A stretch of DNA of 61,090 nucleotides, the filler included, from Sphacelaria rigidula (taxonomy: Eukaryota), in the NCBI GenBank assembly GCA_964200075.2. It is 6 parts of 6 records of this genome, joined end to end, with 100 filler letters (N's around TTAATTAATTAA, not from the genome) between each part and the next. Parts side by side here need not be neighbours in the genome. Positions count along the whole stretch, not along the records: positions 1 to 10,099 come from CAXNAA020007145.1; positions 10,200 to 20,298 come from CAXNAA020007146.1; 4 more parts are not named here. One strand, 5' to 3'. The stretch's first letter is position 1; each line of letters opens with the position of its first letter. A program made the position numbers and the translations under genes. Positions 1 through 13,850 of the stretch are shown in pieces. The notes under the pieces were generated by a model. The model was not told the DNA's origin, searched no databases, and saw nothing but the letters and a program-made list of their open reading frames with translations.

Positions 1-1747
1 AACCATGCGTGTTTGGAAGTTTCCCGCGGAAATCATGAGCCATGCACGAGGCCCGAGTGGCGCAGGATGACCATTCTGACCAATCACGGTCGTCAAAATG
101 AGCACTTTTGTTCCTGTAGAGGTACACAGCTGGTAGACACATTCGCCGTTTACCCTCGAATCTCATTTTAAAGATGCCAAACCAACCATAGATTATGTAA
201 CCAAAAAACAGGTGTTCGAGCATCTTCGGTACAATGTGTCTGTCCGTTCAGTACTGCCTGAGCGTCGTACTAGCTCCACACCTCCATCTGGTATAAAACG
301 TCATGGCGCAACACGCGAGCGGCGGCCACGAGTATTCTACGTACATAGATGCAGACAAGTGCTTCGACGGTGAGGCGACCGCCATCGCCGAGCAATTGCC
401 CTATGGCAGTCAGGGGCGTTCGCGGCGGTAGTAATGGTGCGATGTCCAAACGCACACTGCGTACACTCGGCACGTTCAACATTGTAAGATCCAGTACGCC
501 GCAGACCGCACGCGCAGCCGCGGCACGGTACACTACAGACTGCACAGCAAAAATATGAGGCGTAATAATCACGTGGTCGACAACCACACCACCGTCTGTG
601 TTCTAACTCTCACAACTATGTGCCTCTTATGCATTCCCGGTCCCTTCAGCCGTAGAATAGGCGTTTTGAGTTGTGACAAAGGAATGCTTCTGAACCCAAA
701 AAGTGGAGTGTCTACCTCATTCTACCAACGGGGGGATCGCCGTTCAAGGGTTAAGCTTATTCGTGATCTATCGATAGACTTGGCGTGCATATGGTTCCAT
801 ATTGAAGTTGAGATTCCATATCCTGCGTAGAGGCACTGGAGCACCAAATCTGGATTGAGCATCTCGGTTTCGAGGATTGCGCATCGAAACTTGCCATGGA
901 CTATCGCAGGGGCATCACGAAAACAGTTGGTGGCCATATCGATTTTCGTTTTCACGTGATAGGCCGTTTCTTACGCAAAAGACAACGAGAAGATACAGTA
1001 AGGCTTCTTACCGTTCGTATTTTCACAAAACCTAAGAAAACACATGCGAGCCGATAAACCCTTTACGAGATTAGCGCCCCCGGCTCGTGTTTTTGAATCC
1101 AATCGAGTTGTTTAATATTTTTCGATCGTGCTTTTCAACAAAAACGGCTAGATGAGAAACGCCCACCAGTGCACCCAAGAGGAACTACGCACAAAAACAG
1201 CCGATGAAAAAACTTGAGGATGGAATTTTTTATTAAGGACGAGGAAGACTCAAACAGTTCGTGGTAAGTGCCCATGTGTATTGTTCCCCGAAAATATTTC
1301 GGTAGTTGCGAAGGGCACCGCCACGATTTAGAAGCGACCTCGACCAATTTGGTAGTGCACTGGGGAGAGCGCGGCAACGGTTTGTCATGAATGCGATCTC
1401 AACCAGGTTGATAGGGCACCAGGGGGAAGCTGTCGACGGTCCATCACTATCTTCTATCCATACAAAATATCCTCTCCCTTACGTGGGTTGCTCGTGAGAA
1501 AAATGAGTGTGTGTTGCTAGTGGGCAAAATTACGGCCATCATTATGTGATCTGTTCCTGCACGTCCTATTCGGCCGGGTACCCCCAGGCGGCAGCTCTTT
1601 CTCTCCATCAACGGTGGGGGATGCATTTTATATGGATGAGAAGCAGACGAGGATATACTTTTGAGCTTAGATATTCGGAATGATCAACACAAAGCACTTT
1701 TCGAATCGAGCTGGCAGTGGGAGGTCACGCAGACAAAGGGAAATCGT

Positions 1748-2129
1748 TAGAACTCGGAAATGGTACAAGTTACAACTGACCATTAGCATTAAAATGGTAA
1801 TAATGGTAATGGTTATATGAAACGTTTGGATAATGGTTTCAAACCATTATCTACCGTTACTGGCTTTATAAGCCATTACCGGCCATGTATGCTACATACA
1901 GCCCTTGAAAGTTGGCCTAAATTCAACATATTTTATAGCTATAGTGAAGGCACATCGCGTACAAACGTGTCTCCGGCCCGGCGCCTCCAGCGGGGCCCTC
2001 CGGTGGCGCCTCCGGTGGACCCCCCTCTGCTGGAGGGGGCTTTTTGGCCCGCGGCTGTGCCGCTCGATGACCAAACCATGATGTACCATTTGACTGGTTA
2101 ATTGTTAGACAAACCATTTCCGAGTTCTA
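1748..2129. mobile_element. hAT-like MITE
   Basis: 17-bp perfect TIRs TAGAACTCGGAAATGGT...ACCATTTCCGAGTTCTA; flanks gaaatcgt/ggaatcgt form an 8-bp TSD with one mismatch; TAG ends plus 8-bp TSD fit hAT; no coding capacity. Confidence 0.8.
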
Positions 2130-4053
2130 GGAATCGTCCACGCGACGACTCGTGAGGAAGAAGACGAAACCACGTTGTTGCACTGCACCGTACAGCACTC
2201 CTGCGCTGGTTGTTGTGCTGACCTCGACTAAACTTTTGATCTTACTGACTACGGCCGGGGTGGTCATGCATCACAAATCAGCCGCATGCGTTTTAGTCAC
2301 TATCCTCACACTTATGTCCCCAAACACTTGTGTCCCCTCGTATGGGGTGAAATAAGGAGGTGAGTTAACGAGAGTTGGGCTACATTCTATTCATGTTTGA
2401 CATATTTTACAACTATCACTCACCCGAACCCTATCCCCAACCCAAGGCATACCGAGAAGAATATGGCTGTTTTCGTGATGTCCCTGCGATAGATTCTCCA
2501 TGGCAAGTTCTGATGCGCAACCCTCGAAACCGAGGTGCTCAATCCACTTTTACTGCTCTAGTGCCTCTCCGCGGGATATTGTATCTCAACTTTTATGTGG
2601 AATCTTATGCGCGCCATGTCTATCGATACATCACGAATCAGCTTAGGGTAATGGCATCGATCGGTTCCCCGTGCCCAAAGGAATGTTGACGTCAAAAACT
2701 CACACAACCCTTAACTTTCTGCCTTCATTATTACAGCTGTTTTTATACCAGTTGGACCGCCGGGGTGTGGCGGAATTCTTGTGTGCGGCATACTTGTTTA
2801 CATTGCGCAGGATGATCATTCTGATATTAGGCGTTGTATGTGTTGTCCTCTGCACGTAGGACGTAGCTGTCCCGACATTCGTATGATTGCCCTGGCATGT
2901 GGCATGGTTACCTTAGAACAAGGCATGAGTTGTTTTTGTCCGAATATTCCGCAAAAAGGGGTAAGGATGGGTAGACACATAGGTAAGCTTGGGTTTGGAT
3001 GTTTCGTTACGTTATGTATTATAGCTGTTTGTAAGACTGTTCTTTGATCTGTCGACCAGTAAATACAAGTAGGACAAGTAGGACATGGCTGGAAAGCTGT
3101 CCTCGAGTGGCGTCACGTAGACAACACAGACTTGGCTACATTTTCCTGTCACTCTTTCGGCGCCCTTGCAATACCGGCGTATAACAGGGTTCTGTTCCAC
3201 ACGGATAAAACACGCGCCAACGACGTTGACAGGAGCACCTCCTCAGTTTCTTTCGTCCACCCGCAGTCGGTAAGGAGTTCATACTGCCTCGGCATTCAAC
3301 GTATACAGTATTTCAGGGGTAAACACAATAGTACGTACTGCACTCAAGATATTGTTTGGACGGAAACGTCGTACCAAGAGTGTGAGGCTCCCATATTTCC
3401 CGGTAGCTAAAACTTAATACCTGGAGCGTTACTTTTTCGTGTTCACCAGGTGGCAGCTACGAAGGACAGATCTGCCGAAACTCTCCCGGGTCCGAAGACA
3501 GTCCGTGCGAAGCAGCGACTATTGTAAGAACTCCGTAATTGGCTGGTCATACACTCTGAGTTCAGCTCAGCGCTACGGCTACAGTACATGTCATCGCTGC
3601 GATACCCTCAGGGGCATCCAAGTAAGCAGTGTTACGTCAAGTACTGATGCTTCTCTAGTTTCCGCGTATCTTAGCTTCTCATAAATGTGCAGGGAGGAAT
3701 ACGTACGAACGCTACCTACTGTAGAGAGATCATTCGTTTCGGGTGCATGATATATATACAACATATATATTATATATTTGTGCATTAAGTTGATCGCACG
3801 CGAGAGTACGCGAACGGGTGAGGATGAGATAAGCTAATTCATCAACCATACCGTATGTTATTGTCAGACCCGATACACCGAACCCTCTGCCAACGTACCT
3901 AGAGCGCATCACAGCAGATTTGCGTACCACGGCATGCCGTTCGCACAAGATTTTCACCTCCGCCGATCTTGTTGGTCACAATAACCAATAAGTGAACTGC
4001 CCGAGTTTGAAATGTTCGGCTTGCGGTCACGCACTCTCCACGCATGCAGACAG

Positions 4054-4570
4054 GTCGTGAATGCCGAAGACGCGGAGCGGCTTGCCCTTGAGGCGGAAGC
4101 GAAAAAGCAAAGTGACCTTGACACTACGACACGTCAGGTGAGAAAGTACGCTCTACAATTGCAGAAACCGTCCTCAACAGTTTGGCGGCACGTTTCTTAC
4201 ACGAAGGTGATGTGCACACGGGCATTGCGCCAGAATCTGGTCTGTGTGGGAGAGCTTCATTACCTATTTCTCGCTTTACCGATTGTGCTTCATATTTGCC
4301 GCGAGAAGGCTGGTGTCCTTCAAACGTGTCGGGCTAAGTACAACTGACACTACTTCGTACATCTCCGAGGTAAAGGTCCTCCGATCGAGGGGCCCTTTGG
4401 TGTCACCCTGGTTTTTACTTCTTTCCTTCCCGCATGCCTCTCGCAACCCGTCTCTTCCCCAACTCTCATCTACCCGGCGCAAGTCATTCGTGCGATACTC
4501 AGCAGATGCGGCGAAGGCAGCAAGACCGAACCGGATCAACCGGAAGGGCAATACCACCGCGTGCGTGAAG
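4054..4570 (+). pseudogene. candidate exons of a decayed spliced gene, product unknown
   Basis: cag|4054-4137|gtgag gives VVNAEDAERLALEAEAKKQSDLDTTTRQ; 4306-4369 (weak GAG acceptor, in-frame TGA); cag|4503-4570|gtagg gives ADAAKAARPNRINRKGNTTACVK; phases are compatible; no family recognised. Confidence 0.3.
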
Positions 4571-5258
4571 GTAGGTATGAATGGAGCATGAACTCTGGGG
4601 TCTTGAAACTGGTAATGCTTCTGCACACTCAAGAACTGTTCCCGCGAAACTATTGATATCTCTCGAAGCTACCTGCCATTGGAGTTTATGCAGAGAGGGA
4701 CCGTGGAACTCCCGGCGTTGGTTGCTTTCATGCCCAACTCAGGGTTTTGCTAGACAGGTCCGCAAACATACGTAGCATAGTGGATATGTTGCGGTTCTTC
4801 TCGATCATGGGCTATTGAGGGGTGGCTTAACTGAAGGGTATTTGGATGAGTTCGCAAGTGAAGGGACGGTACCTTACACGCAGTTGGCGCAGCGCGACAC
4901 GTCCACCTCAGACCACGTGGCAAAACATGTCCACATGCCGCGTCGGAACTTTTTTCGTCTGTTGCAGTATCAATCCACGCACGGCGAACGGTGCGGAGGG
5001 GAGGGGAAAGCTTGCGAGTTGCAATGCCAAGATTATGACTATACTACAGGACCCACGGCTACCCTATGGAGTATGGGAGGATTTGTGCCGAGAGCTTCGG
5101 ACCAAGAGTCTTTCGGACGCAGTGTGAGTTGCATCGGAAAACCTCGATAAAGCACTATTCGGTTATCGTGTGATGGTGTAATCTATAGTCGGTAGCCACG
5201 GTGGCGTTGCTACTATTCCGACCGAAGCCCTGTTGTTGTGGATTCGGCGTACCACTCA

Positions 5259-5294
5259 TACGTTACACTTTACGTTACACTTTACGTTACACTT
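5259..5294. repeat. 12-bp tandem repeat x3
   Basis: (tacgttacactt)3. Confidence 0.9.
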
Positions 5295-5963
5295 GAAGAG
5301 GAGAAGGCAACTTCACCCCCTGGCGTTGGACTGAGCTAGAGCTACGCGTCCAGATTTACTCGTGAAGGTGGCTGAGCGCGAGTATATCTTCAAGAGCAGG
5401 CTCTTCCTCGCCCGCCACTCCTGCTGATCGCGACTCTGTGCTGTCACACCACCCCAAGTCCACCGTTTTGCATCGTCTGTCTCGGAGCAGACGCAGTTTA
5501 CGGAGCCGTTGTATCACCAGTGGTTGCCGGATGTGGTGCTAGGCCCTATCGACTCGTCACTCCCTCGTGGGTTGACAGAGAAAGATGCAGAAGCTTTAAC
5601 GTTCTTGAAGAGGCGGATATCGGAGCGAGGGGCCGAGAAGGACCTGCCTAGTGTTCGTGAGTTATGGGAGCTCCTCGGGTGAGATTTTCGGGATGTTGAC
5701 GACAACGATTGTTCAACTGATAAGTAGGGAGTGCTGCTTAATGTTTCTTCAACAAATTGAACAATATCGAGCATGCGTTTTCGCGTATCAGCCTGATACA
5801 AGTGTAGCCATCTCGTGAGTGTGTCAGATTTGTCCGCCCATCAACCCTTTGAGCTTTTCATCACATCTACGACCGTGGTAGACAGCTCCCTATCGTGTTG
5901 GCGGCATATCCTCATCATAACAGCTTCACGCCGCAGTTATCCGATTTCGCTGCAAGTTTAGTC

Positions 5964-6239
5964 AGGCCCATCATTATCGACTTTGTTTTTTCGAAGATCT
6001 CCGAAAATTTCGGGGCTAGCCAATGCACCCGATGGTCTCGAATTATCGCCACGGCGTATACACAGGGGGCAGTTTTCCGAAGTGCTGCGTTGCAATCCGA
6101 ATGTTTTGCAAGTCTCCAAAAATCAAGCTTCGAAGAAAAATTCAAGCTCTTCGTTTCCGGAGAAGTCCAAATACAGGGTCCGAAAAGTCCAAAATATTCT
6201 AAGATCTCCGAAACAAATAGTGTCGATATTAATCGGCCT
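5964..6239. mobile_element. degenerate MITE
   Basis: imperfect ~30-bp TIRs aggcccatcattatcgactttgttttttcg / cgaaacaaatagtgtcgatattaatcggcct; internal repeated aagatctccgaaa; no TSD seen. Confidence 0.55.
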
Positions 6240-7004
6240 TTTCGTAACGGTAAAACACCAACATCCGATTGGTTTGCTGATCTATGCCAGCATTGTTCGA
6301 CTAGTGATCCGTTGATGTTGCTGTAGACACCAGGCAATGCGTTTTGCGGCTATTGGTCGGTGTTTGCAGTCTTCACTGAACCACCGCCCAACTAGCTGTT
6401 TTGCGGTTGTGTCATGCTGTCTTGTCGTGGATCGGTCAGGCGCAGGACACATCCCGACGCCCCTGGGACTATCAGCTACGAAGGGTTCAGAGAAGGTAGG
6501 AGAAACGCACAGCTAACGGAGCTGGACCCGGTGTTAGGCTTGCTATCATGCTACAACAAATGTGTTTCCCCCAGTCGAGATGTGAAGCGTTGATGGAATC
6601 ATGGTGCACCGTTGTCTAAGTAAGGGTTAAGAAAATGGGAAATTCCTTACTTCTATGGAGTATAAACATTTTGAATTCGCGTCAAGGCGCAGCATCCCTG
6701 TACGGCGAAACAATCGGGGGAAAGCGGTTCGACCCACATCCTCAGAACAAAGACAGATACTTTCACGTTTCGTTGTTTGAGCACCATGTTCAACGACCAT
6801 TCTCCGCTGCATTACCCACTGCACTCTGCTGTGCTTTTGCACACAGGCATGGCGGCATTTCAAGTGCCGGTGACGGAGTGCGAGGTGTATGCAGCGATTA
6901 CCGCCTTCGACAAGGGACTCCGCGGAAAGGTATTTCAACGACAGATGCCGTACGATATTCTTATCATTTCATCGTGAGGATGCGGACGATCGGGGGTGCT
7001 TGCA

Positions 7005-7040
7005 TCAGTAGCGTCAGTAGCGTCAGTAGCGTCAGTAGCA
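7005..7040. repeat. 9-bp tandem repeat x4
   Basis: (tcagtagcg)3 tcagtagca. Confidence 0.9.
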
Positions 7041-7337
7041 TAGTCTTTCTGCTAGAGTGGGGGAGATGGGAACCGACTGTTACTCTGTGCGATAGCAACA
7101 TACACAGTCACTCAAGAAAGGATCCTGCACTCGTTCATCTCCCTCCACCGTCGCCCTGCTTGCATGCCAGATTGATTTGGACAAGTTTATGATATACATA
7201 CGGGCCGGCGGACTGTCCGAGTGTCGTCTACATTCAGTACGAGACGCCTTCAATAGGTTGAACGAAGAGAATAGCGGCAGCCCTGTCGTACGTATGGACA
7301 CGATTCGAGCCGCATGCGACTTTTCCCGTTCAGCGGC

Positions 7338-7401
7338 GGTCTCTAGCGGGTGAGGTCTCTAGCGGGTGAGGTCTCTAGCGGGTGAGGTCTCTAGTGGGTG
7401 A
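7338..7401. repeat. 16-bp minisatellite x4
   Basis: (ggtctctagcgggtga)3 ggtctctagtgggtga; no spacers. Confidence 0.9.
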
Positions 7402-9242
7402 GGGCGAGCGCCGTATGTTCTGAATGTTCGCCGGCTATATTCCGTCGTATGGCGAGCGTAGGCCTCTTCGATGTGTACGAAATCATATACAAGTACACAG
7501 ATCCGTTTTCAGAAAGATGGTTTCTGGATTGCAGTACAGGTACTAGTGCAGGTGTCAATACAATGTTGTATTGCTATGGCCACCGGAGAAATTCACCCCG
7601 TGAAGAGACATGTGCAGAAACCGTTAAACAGGCAAAGAGCTCGGGGTACATGAACGTTCTTTTACGGTGGCACCGCCATCAGCGACGACCTTGAATGCCT
7701 CGCAAGACACCGCCGAAGCATTTTTAATTGCGATACACCTACAAAAACGACACTGGGGTTACAGCGCGTCGTGCAGGGTTTTTGTTTGTCTGTGCCTTTG
7801 ATTCAATCTGCTTGCCGCCTGGACGTCCGCGTATTTGAACACTTGAAGACTCTCACTATCATTTTGTACGGCGCGCTTTCCCTCACGTCTCCGCAAGAAG
7901 CAAACTGGGCATGCGGTAGCTGAATGTGTCCAGAATTGGTAATGCATACTCGTAGCGCAGTATACTTAGAGTCTGGTAGAGGCAATCTAATCAGCTCGCG
8001 GACCAAGACCTGAAAAAACGTTCTTTATTTTTCACCAGGCGGGTTAATGAGGAGGGCATTGTCGCGGAGCTGGTGAAGCACTTCTCTTGTCAGCAAAGGT
8101 TGGTAAAACTCCGACATTGTCAACCGGACAGACACCTTAGCGAGTAGTTGAAAAACGCCGCACCCACGTCGACGAGCACGAGCTGGGCTGTGGGGTCACC
8201 GACAAACGCAAATGATAGTAATCGCTATTTTTTCATCACATGTTAGGTACTTCAATCGTGCGCTGACACTTCGTCACGATTAGGTAAGATACATTCCTTG
8301 ACAGCGAACAGGTGCTGTCTATTTCCAAAAGTACATGTATCCGATGTTTCGCAAGGAAGTGCGAAGAGATGAGTAGTATTGTTGATGGTGTACTGCGTGT
8401 TGTCGGTTCCGAGCGAACTGTCACCATTGATCGCGCACTACTGCGTGCGGTGCAGTATCTAGTGACGCCAAAATATCGTATTATATTTCGCACTGAAGTG
8501 TCGTCCCACTTTTCGCTACGATTTTACATGCAGGAGTGACAACGCGGGAGCAGAGGCTAGTTCCTTCGAATTTCTAGAAGCATTCCGCGACATCGGTGCA
8601 GCGGTTACAAGTATATCGCTTGGGCACTGCAAACATAGGAGCAACGACAACAATTCGGATGATGCAGATGCCTGCTTCCATGCCATCCTGTCACACGTCG
8701 TCCACGGAAGTCGCTAGCGACGGAGAGGTGGTTAGGGCTCTCGGGGGTAGAAAGACAAAAGTAGGATAATGGGTGGGCAGGAGGAATCCAGAATTCACTT
8801 CTTCCACCACATGTTTTTCCCCCCAGGCTTTTTTTCTACCCGTACTATAATACTTATTTCCTCTTCCACTTGCAGGGGGTCCCGATGTATACGTGAAAAT
8901 TTCCACGTAAGTTCGGCGAATATTGTTGTCGGGACGGACATCATAAACCCCGCTGACTTATCGCCAGGGGGTCGACGCGATGACAGACCCGTTGACTCAT
9001 TAAACCATATTTTATTTTCCAGTGATTGTTGCGTCTAATAGATCAAGTGTCTAACCCCGAATTAGGTTAATTTTCCTGTAATCAACGAGTGACAACTGAT
9101 GCAATGACTTTATTCGTAGTTGCACGGATGGTTATTGTATATTACTCTTCTGAAATCGATTTGATCTTCGCAACGCCATTAAGTTGGGGTCTATGAGCGG
9201 GTGTAAAATCCTGCTTAATCAACAGCTCTTTGAAAGTTGCCC

Positions 9243-9540
9243 GATCATCAAATTGAGGATGGAGCATTTCATTGAGGAGGATAACCCGAGAAATAATATC
9301 TTCGCATCCTCAGCAAATTTTCGAAATATGGTTGAATTCGTTCACTTCCTGGTAGCTACCGAAAACTACTGCGCACCATGAAAAATTGGATTCCAAGAAT
9401 CGAAATGTTGAGGTCATGGGTGAAAAAAACAATTCTGGGGAACTCAGGTGATCAAAACGAACCGCCCGATTTCCCCTGAATCGTTTTTTCACCTAAGACC
9501 GCAACATTTCGGTGATCGAATTTCATTTTTCTCGGGCGTG
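9243..9540. mobile_element. degenerate copy of the foldback MITE family at 46762-47199
   Basis: shares caaatt..ggatgg, ttcgaaatatggtt, atcgaaatgttg and caacatttcggtgat motifs in the same order. Confidence 0.65.
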
Positions 9541-10099
9541 TAGACAAGTCAAGTCGGTGGGATTTAACACCGATGATAAGCAAACTGGGAAATCGAATCC
9601 AAGCGGATAGCATTGAAACGACATTTCCGGTTGGAAGCATCATGATATGAACAATTTGCTGTACGCTTGTTGGTCTCATGCATACACGCTGTGGAAACGC
9701 GGCTTCATGTGAACGAGAAATAACCACAGCTTGTGGCGACTTTACTTCAACCAAACAGCATTTGATCCAGCACAAGTTCGTTCCGTTTCGATATTACACA
9801 GAAAGTACAATGCATCATAATAGTCACGGTTTATCATATTGAATCTCACCGATATACAGCAACAGAGCAAGCGTCATCCAAGCACGGTGTCCAGCAAACC
9901 CGTAAATCAATCCAGTCAGGAATGTTTCTCGCTACAAGTTCATTCCCTCTCGAGGTATGAGCGCCGCAGGTGAATCTACCTACTGTTCCCGGCCAACCGC
10001 TTTCGCAGCCGGTCGTTTCTCCTCTAAACAACAAATTGTGCGAATTGAGGTTTAACTCCGAGATGAAGTTCAAGCCTAAAACAGTGCTTTCTCCACACT

Positions 10100-10199
10100 N
10101 NNNNNNNNNNNNNNNNNNNNNNNNNNNNNNNNNNNNNNNNNNNTTAATTAATTAANNNNNNNNNNNNNNNNNNNNNNNNNNNNNNNNNNNNNNNNNNNN
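10100..10199. other. artificial linker
   Basis: N44-TTAATTAATTAA-N44, stops in all six frames. Confidence 0.97.
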
Positions 10200-10904
10200 T
10201 GGGGGGGGTGGTCGGGGGTCTTTTGACGCGGTGGGCGTTGTGGGGCGGGGGGGGGTATCACGGCATCACTCCGAGGCTGGCACGCACGCACGGGGGGATA
10301 AAGTTTGGCCGCAAGATCTCTGTTACTTTTAGTGCCGTCGGATAAACGATAAACCACGCGATTGACCACAAAATGTGGAAGGAAACTTTAACGTGTGACG
10401 TAGAAACGCATTCCCCTTTGGTGCAATCTCGCACGTCACCGCCGCCTGCAGGAGATCGTTTTCAGTTCAAACACATATATATGCACTGCTGACACCCACC
10501 AGAGCCTACACTCCCATAAAATGAAACGGCTCTCGGAGGTGAAATCGAGTCGCCGTAGACATGTTTTTTTTTTTCTCCATTATTCACGGAGAGGGGATGA
10601 GACAAGTATGGAATTAGAGGATAAATGAGCTCTCCCTCCAATTTCTGCTGTTGGGTGAATTGATCCACATTTGACACCTTCATACACTGCGCCTACTGCG
10701 TCGACATGCGTGAGAAAGTCACCCGATGCGTCACGTTTCACCTCTTATTCTGACCACCGCCGGCGGTGATACTTACAAGTGCGTTCGGCGGCCAAATGCA
10801 CGTTTTCTGTGACGAAAAGCCTGCGGAGAGATAGGTTATTCACACACCCCGTGCCTGTATCATCCCTGACCACCGTTATCACGGGGCCCTTCCTCGTTGG
10901 AGCC

Positions 10905-11020
10905 CCTCGGTCTGTTTCTTACATTTTCCATGCCCTCCTCGGCATGCCGCAGACAGAACTCAACCCGCGCGGTATCCTTCATCTCGAAGGATGCTGCCTT
11001 GGAGGAGCCCTCGTGGGGGA
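10905..11020 (-). pseudogene. EsV-1-7-like repeat remnant
   Basis: minus strand reads PHEGSSKAASFEMKDTARVEFCLRHAEEGMENVRNR, resembling the brown-algal/phaeovirus EsV-1-7 repeat (C..EGC.K.PSFG.....A.FC..HA..GMVNV); surrounding frame has stops. Confidence 0.5.
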
Positions 11021-12560
11021 CAAGAGATGGCATGGACAATCTACGCGTTGGACATCGAACCTCACTTATTTCTTCTGCTCTAAGGATGCCACCTGTTGGC
11101 GGGGTAAACGGGCATCATGCCTGTACTGCACCACGTACCTACCCAGTTCATGGCGAAAAACGCTATCTTCTCATTGAAGCATCATCAACGGTGGTTTGCC
11201 TCAACACGGCTGGTAGTCGGTCGCACAAAAAGCAGCTGCCCCAGAGGTTCGGGAGGTAAAAAGGCGAAGAGGAGATTAATGCTCCCAGCAGCTGGCTTCG
11301 TTCCCGGCAACGAGATGGAGCAAAAACTGCAAAAACACGGGGAGGCATGTAAGTGATAATGGCACAGTCGACCGCAGCGTGGCTGCCCGGGTGCGAATGC
11401 GGTATGCACTGAGTGTGTCGAATTGAAGACGACAACTCATCGTTGCGGAATGTATGATCACATGTAGTTGAAACAAGAATACCCCGCTGTTTAAGGCCTA
11501 CGACCTTCATTTGCGGGGGGGGGGGAGGGGGTCAATTTCGTTTACTAGAGAACTTCAGAAAAACGCATGATTGTCGCGGATAGGCCGTGTTCTAGGGTTA
11601 TTGATTGGTCTGTTCCCACCCCAAAATCACCGATGTTCTCGGACAATTTCACTTCCTCCGAAAAATATGAGAGCTGGTTTCTCAATCAATGCAGGCAATA
11701 TATTAATTTAGGGCTGACTACAGCTTCTCCCGAACTCTAGCATCGCGTTTTGTTTTCGGAACTTCTTTCGTGGGAGAGGTCGGCAAAAAATTCCAACGGT
11801 TGAAAAGAAGTCGAAATATCTGAGAAAATTGCCCATTTGTTGGTTGTACTAGTAATGCTCGTTATTGAAACCCGAAAAATCAGTTTCGCCTGGGATCGGT
11901 CGCGGCACCTCGCACCCCCCCCCCAGAAAAAAAATTACTTGTGAACCTGATTTCTGGTCGCAAGCGTCTGATGTCTGAAGAGTGTTTCGAGACTTTCAAA
12001 ATCAGTTAGAATGTTCGAAATATCACGTTTCTCGTGCTGTAGGGCAGTATTAGGGTGAGGCGCAACCACTGTTCTGCACTGAACTGCTGACATGTCCTCG
12101 TCACACCCACCGGATCACGTCACCTGAGGAAAAATCATATACTGTATCGAGGGGCACGCACATCACTCTTGCTGATGAGCAGATAGAAGCCGAGCTCGTG
12201 TGCCAAATATACTGGATATGGGGCGAGGTCATTACCGAAAAGCAGGGAGGGGGCGCCAAACGAAGATATGAGGGGGGGGGGCACGAATCACTCTGAACGT
12301 ACTACTATTTTCGACTGCCGCGCCTGCTGATTTACCCTCACCCTTGTCTGTCGTTGTGCTGAGCGCTTCGTCGCGTGTATGCGGGAGGGACACACTTTTT
12401 TGGCAGGACCAACTGTAGTGCACACCTATTTGTGCTGTAGTCTTGTGTTGTCAAGCACACCCCAAAGCATGTTGTTTTGTTAACTATTCAGCACTTCCGC
12501 CTCAGTCCTCCACGGTGCATGACTCATCATTCAAAATGAGATTTTTTGGCATTTCGTGCT

Positions 12561-12973
12561 TGTGTATTTGAGAGGTGTTTTACGTGGCCGTGAAACGCTC
12601 CCTCAAGGTGCACCGTCTATAGCAGAGAAAAACAATTGTCGCGAAAGATCTTGATGGATCGAGTAGACGACATACCCGCGTGGGGCGCTGCATCACCGTG
12701 CTTTCATTATTTCTTCAGATCTCACCCGCCTGCTTGGTGTACAGCTCTATCTGAACCTCCTCTCCGAACCTCAGCCCCAAACCCCAGGTATAGAGCCTGC
12801 AATATGAGCCCCGGAGCCCTTCTGACTCGGCTGAATCACACAGGCTACAGTACTAGTTCCCGAACAGTTCCCGTTGGTACCTTGTACTGAACCGTACCGG
12901 CTCCTACCAGGCTGGTTGACTATATGCCCGAGAATCCACGTATGAGATCTATGTCTGATACATAATCTGCACA
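12561..12973 (-). repeat. Copia 3' LTR
   Basis: tgtgta...tgcaca; colinear with 16654-17066, roughly 90% identical by eye, differences mostly transitions. Confidence 0.92.
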
Positions 12974-13850
12974 TACACCCATAATCGTATAACGGTAACA
13001 CCGGAGGGCTGGTACGTTCACACCCAACATGCTAGATAAGAGATGAATGAATCTTGCCATTAAATGTCATTGAAGCCACGTGGTGGACCTGAACTCTCCG
13101 GACCCGACTCGATTTCCACTGCCCTTTCCGTTTTGATATCCTTCATCGAGAACGGCGGCTTGAACGTTTGTTGGCTTCGTGCGAGGCTATCCTTGCTCCG
13201 AGGGCATCCCGCACCCTTGGGTGGTCCCTCCACCGCCTTTGACGTTTCCTTCGCCACCGCGGGCGGTCCCTTCGCTTCTTGGTCAAGTGTAGAACCGTTC
13301 GCGCTCGGTACGCATTTATTCTCGAGCTTCGCCCATTCGTTATCGCCCGGTGTCTCCGGTGGTTCGGTGATTCCGCCCTGTTCGCGGTCATCACGATTAT
13401 CTCTGCTCGAGAAGGCGCGATCCTCTAGTTTGACCCGCTGCTCCTGTCTTGTCCACAGTGCCTTCGTCTTCGGGCCGTCGGACCACTCGTCCGCGCTTGG
13501 AGTCGCATGAGTCACAGGCTCGGCCGGTGGCACCCGTAGTCCCAGCGGTTCCCCGGCCTCTCGGCTCTGATGATGTTGTCCCTCCGTTTGATTTCCTGTT
13601 CCATGGCCACTTTTCATCTGTCAGCACATCTGGTGCTGCCAGGGCATCTTTGGTTGTCGATGGTTTCTGTGGTCCAGTGGCGACTATGCCCCCAAGCATG
13701 CAGAATGCGCCTTCGTCCTGATTTTGTGAAAAGGCGGCGCGGGAATTTCCACCATCCGAACTGCTATCATCAGAACTCCTTGGGCGTTGTTGCGTGTTTC
13801 CGGCCAGACGCCGTTGCGTCAGTCAGCTGGATCTGTGCAGCTCACTGTCC

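Noticed and set aside
7338-7401. CRISPR-like array (also 48101-49760)
   Set aside because: Contiguous tandem units without unique spacers, no cas genes, eukaryotic context
10144-10155. TTAATTAATTAA as a biological palindrome or piggyBac site
   Set aside because: Identical in all five N-flanked joins; synthetic
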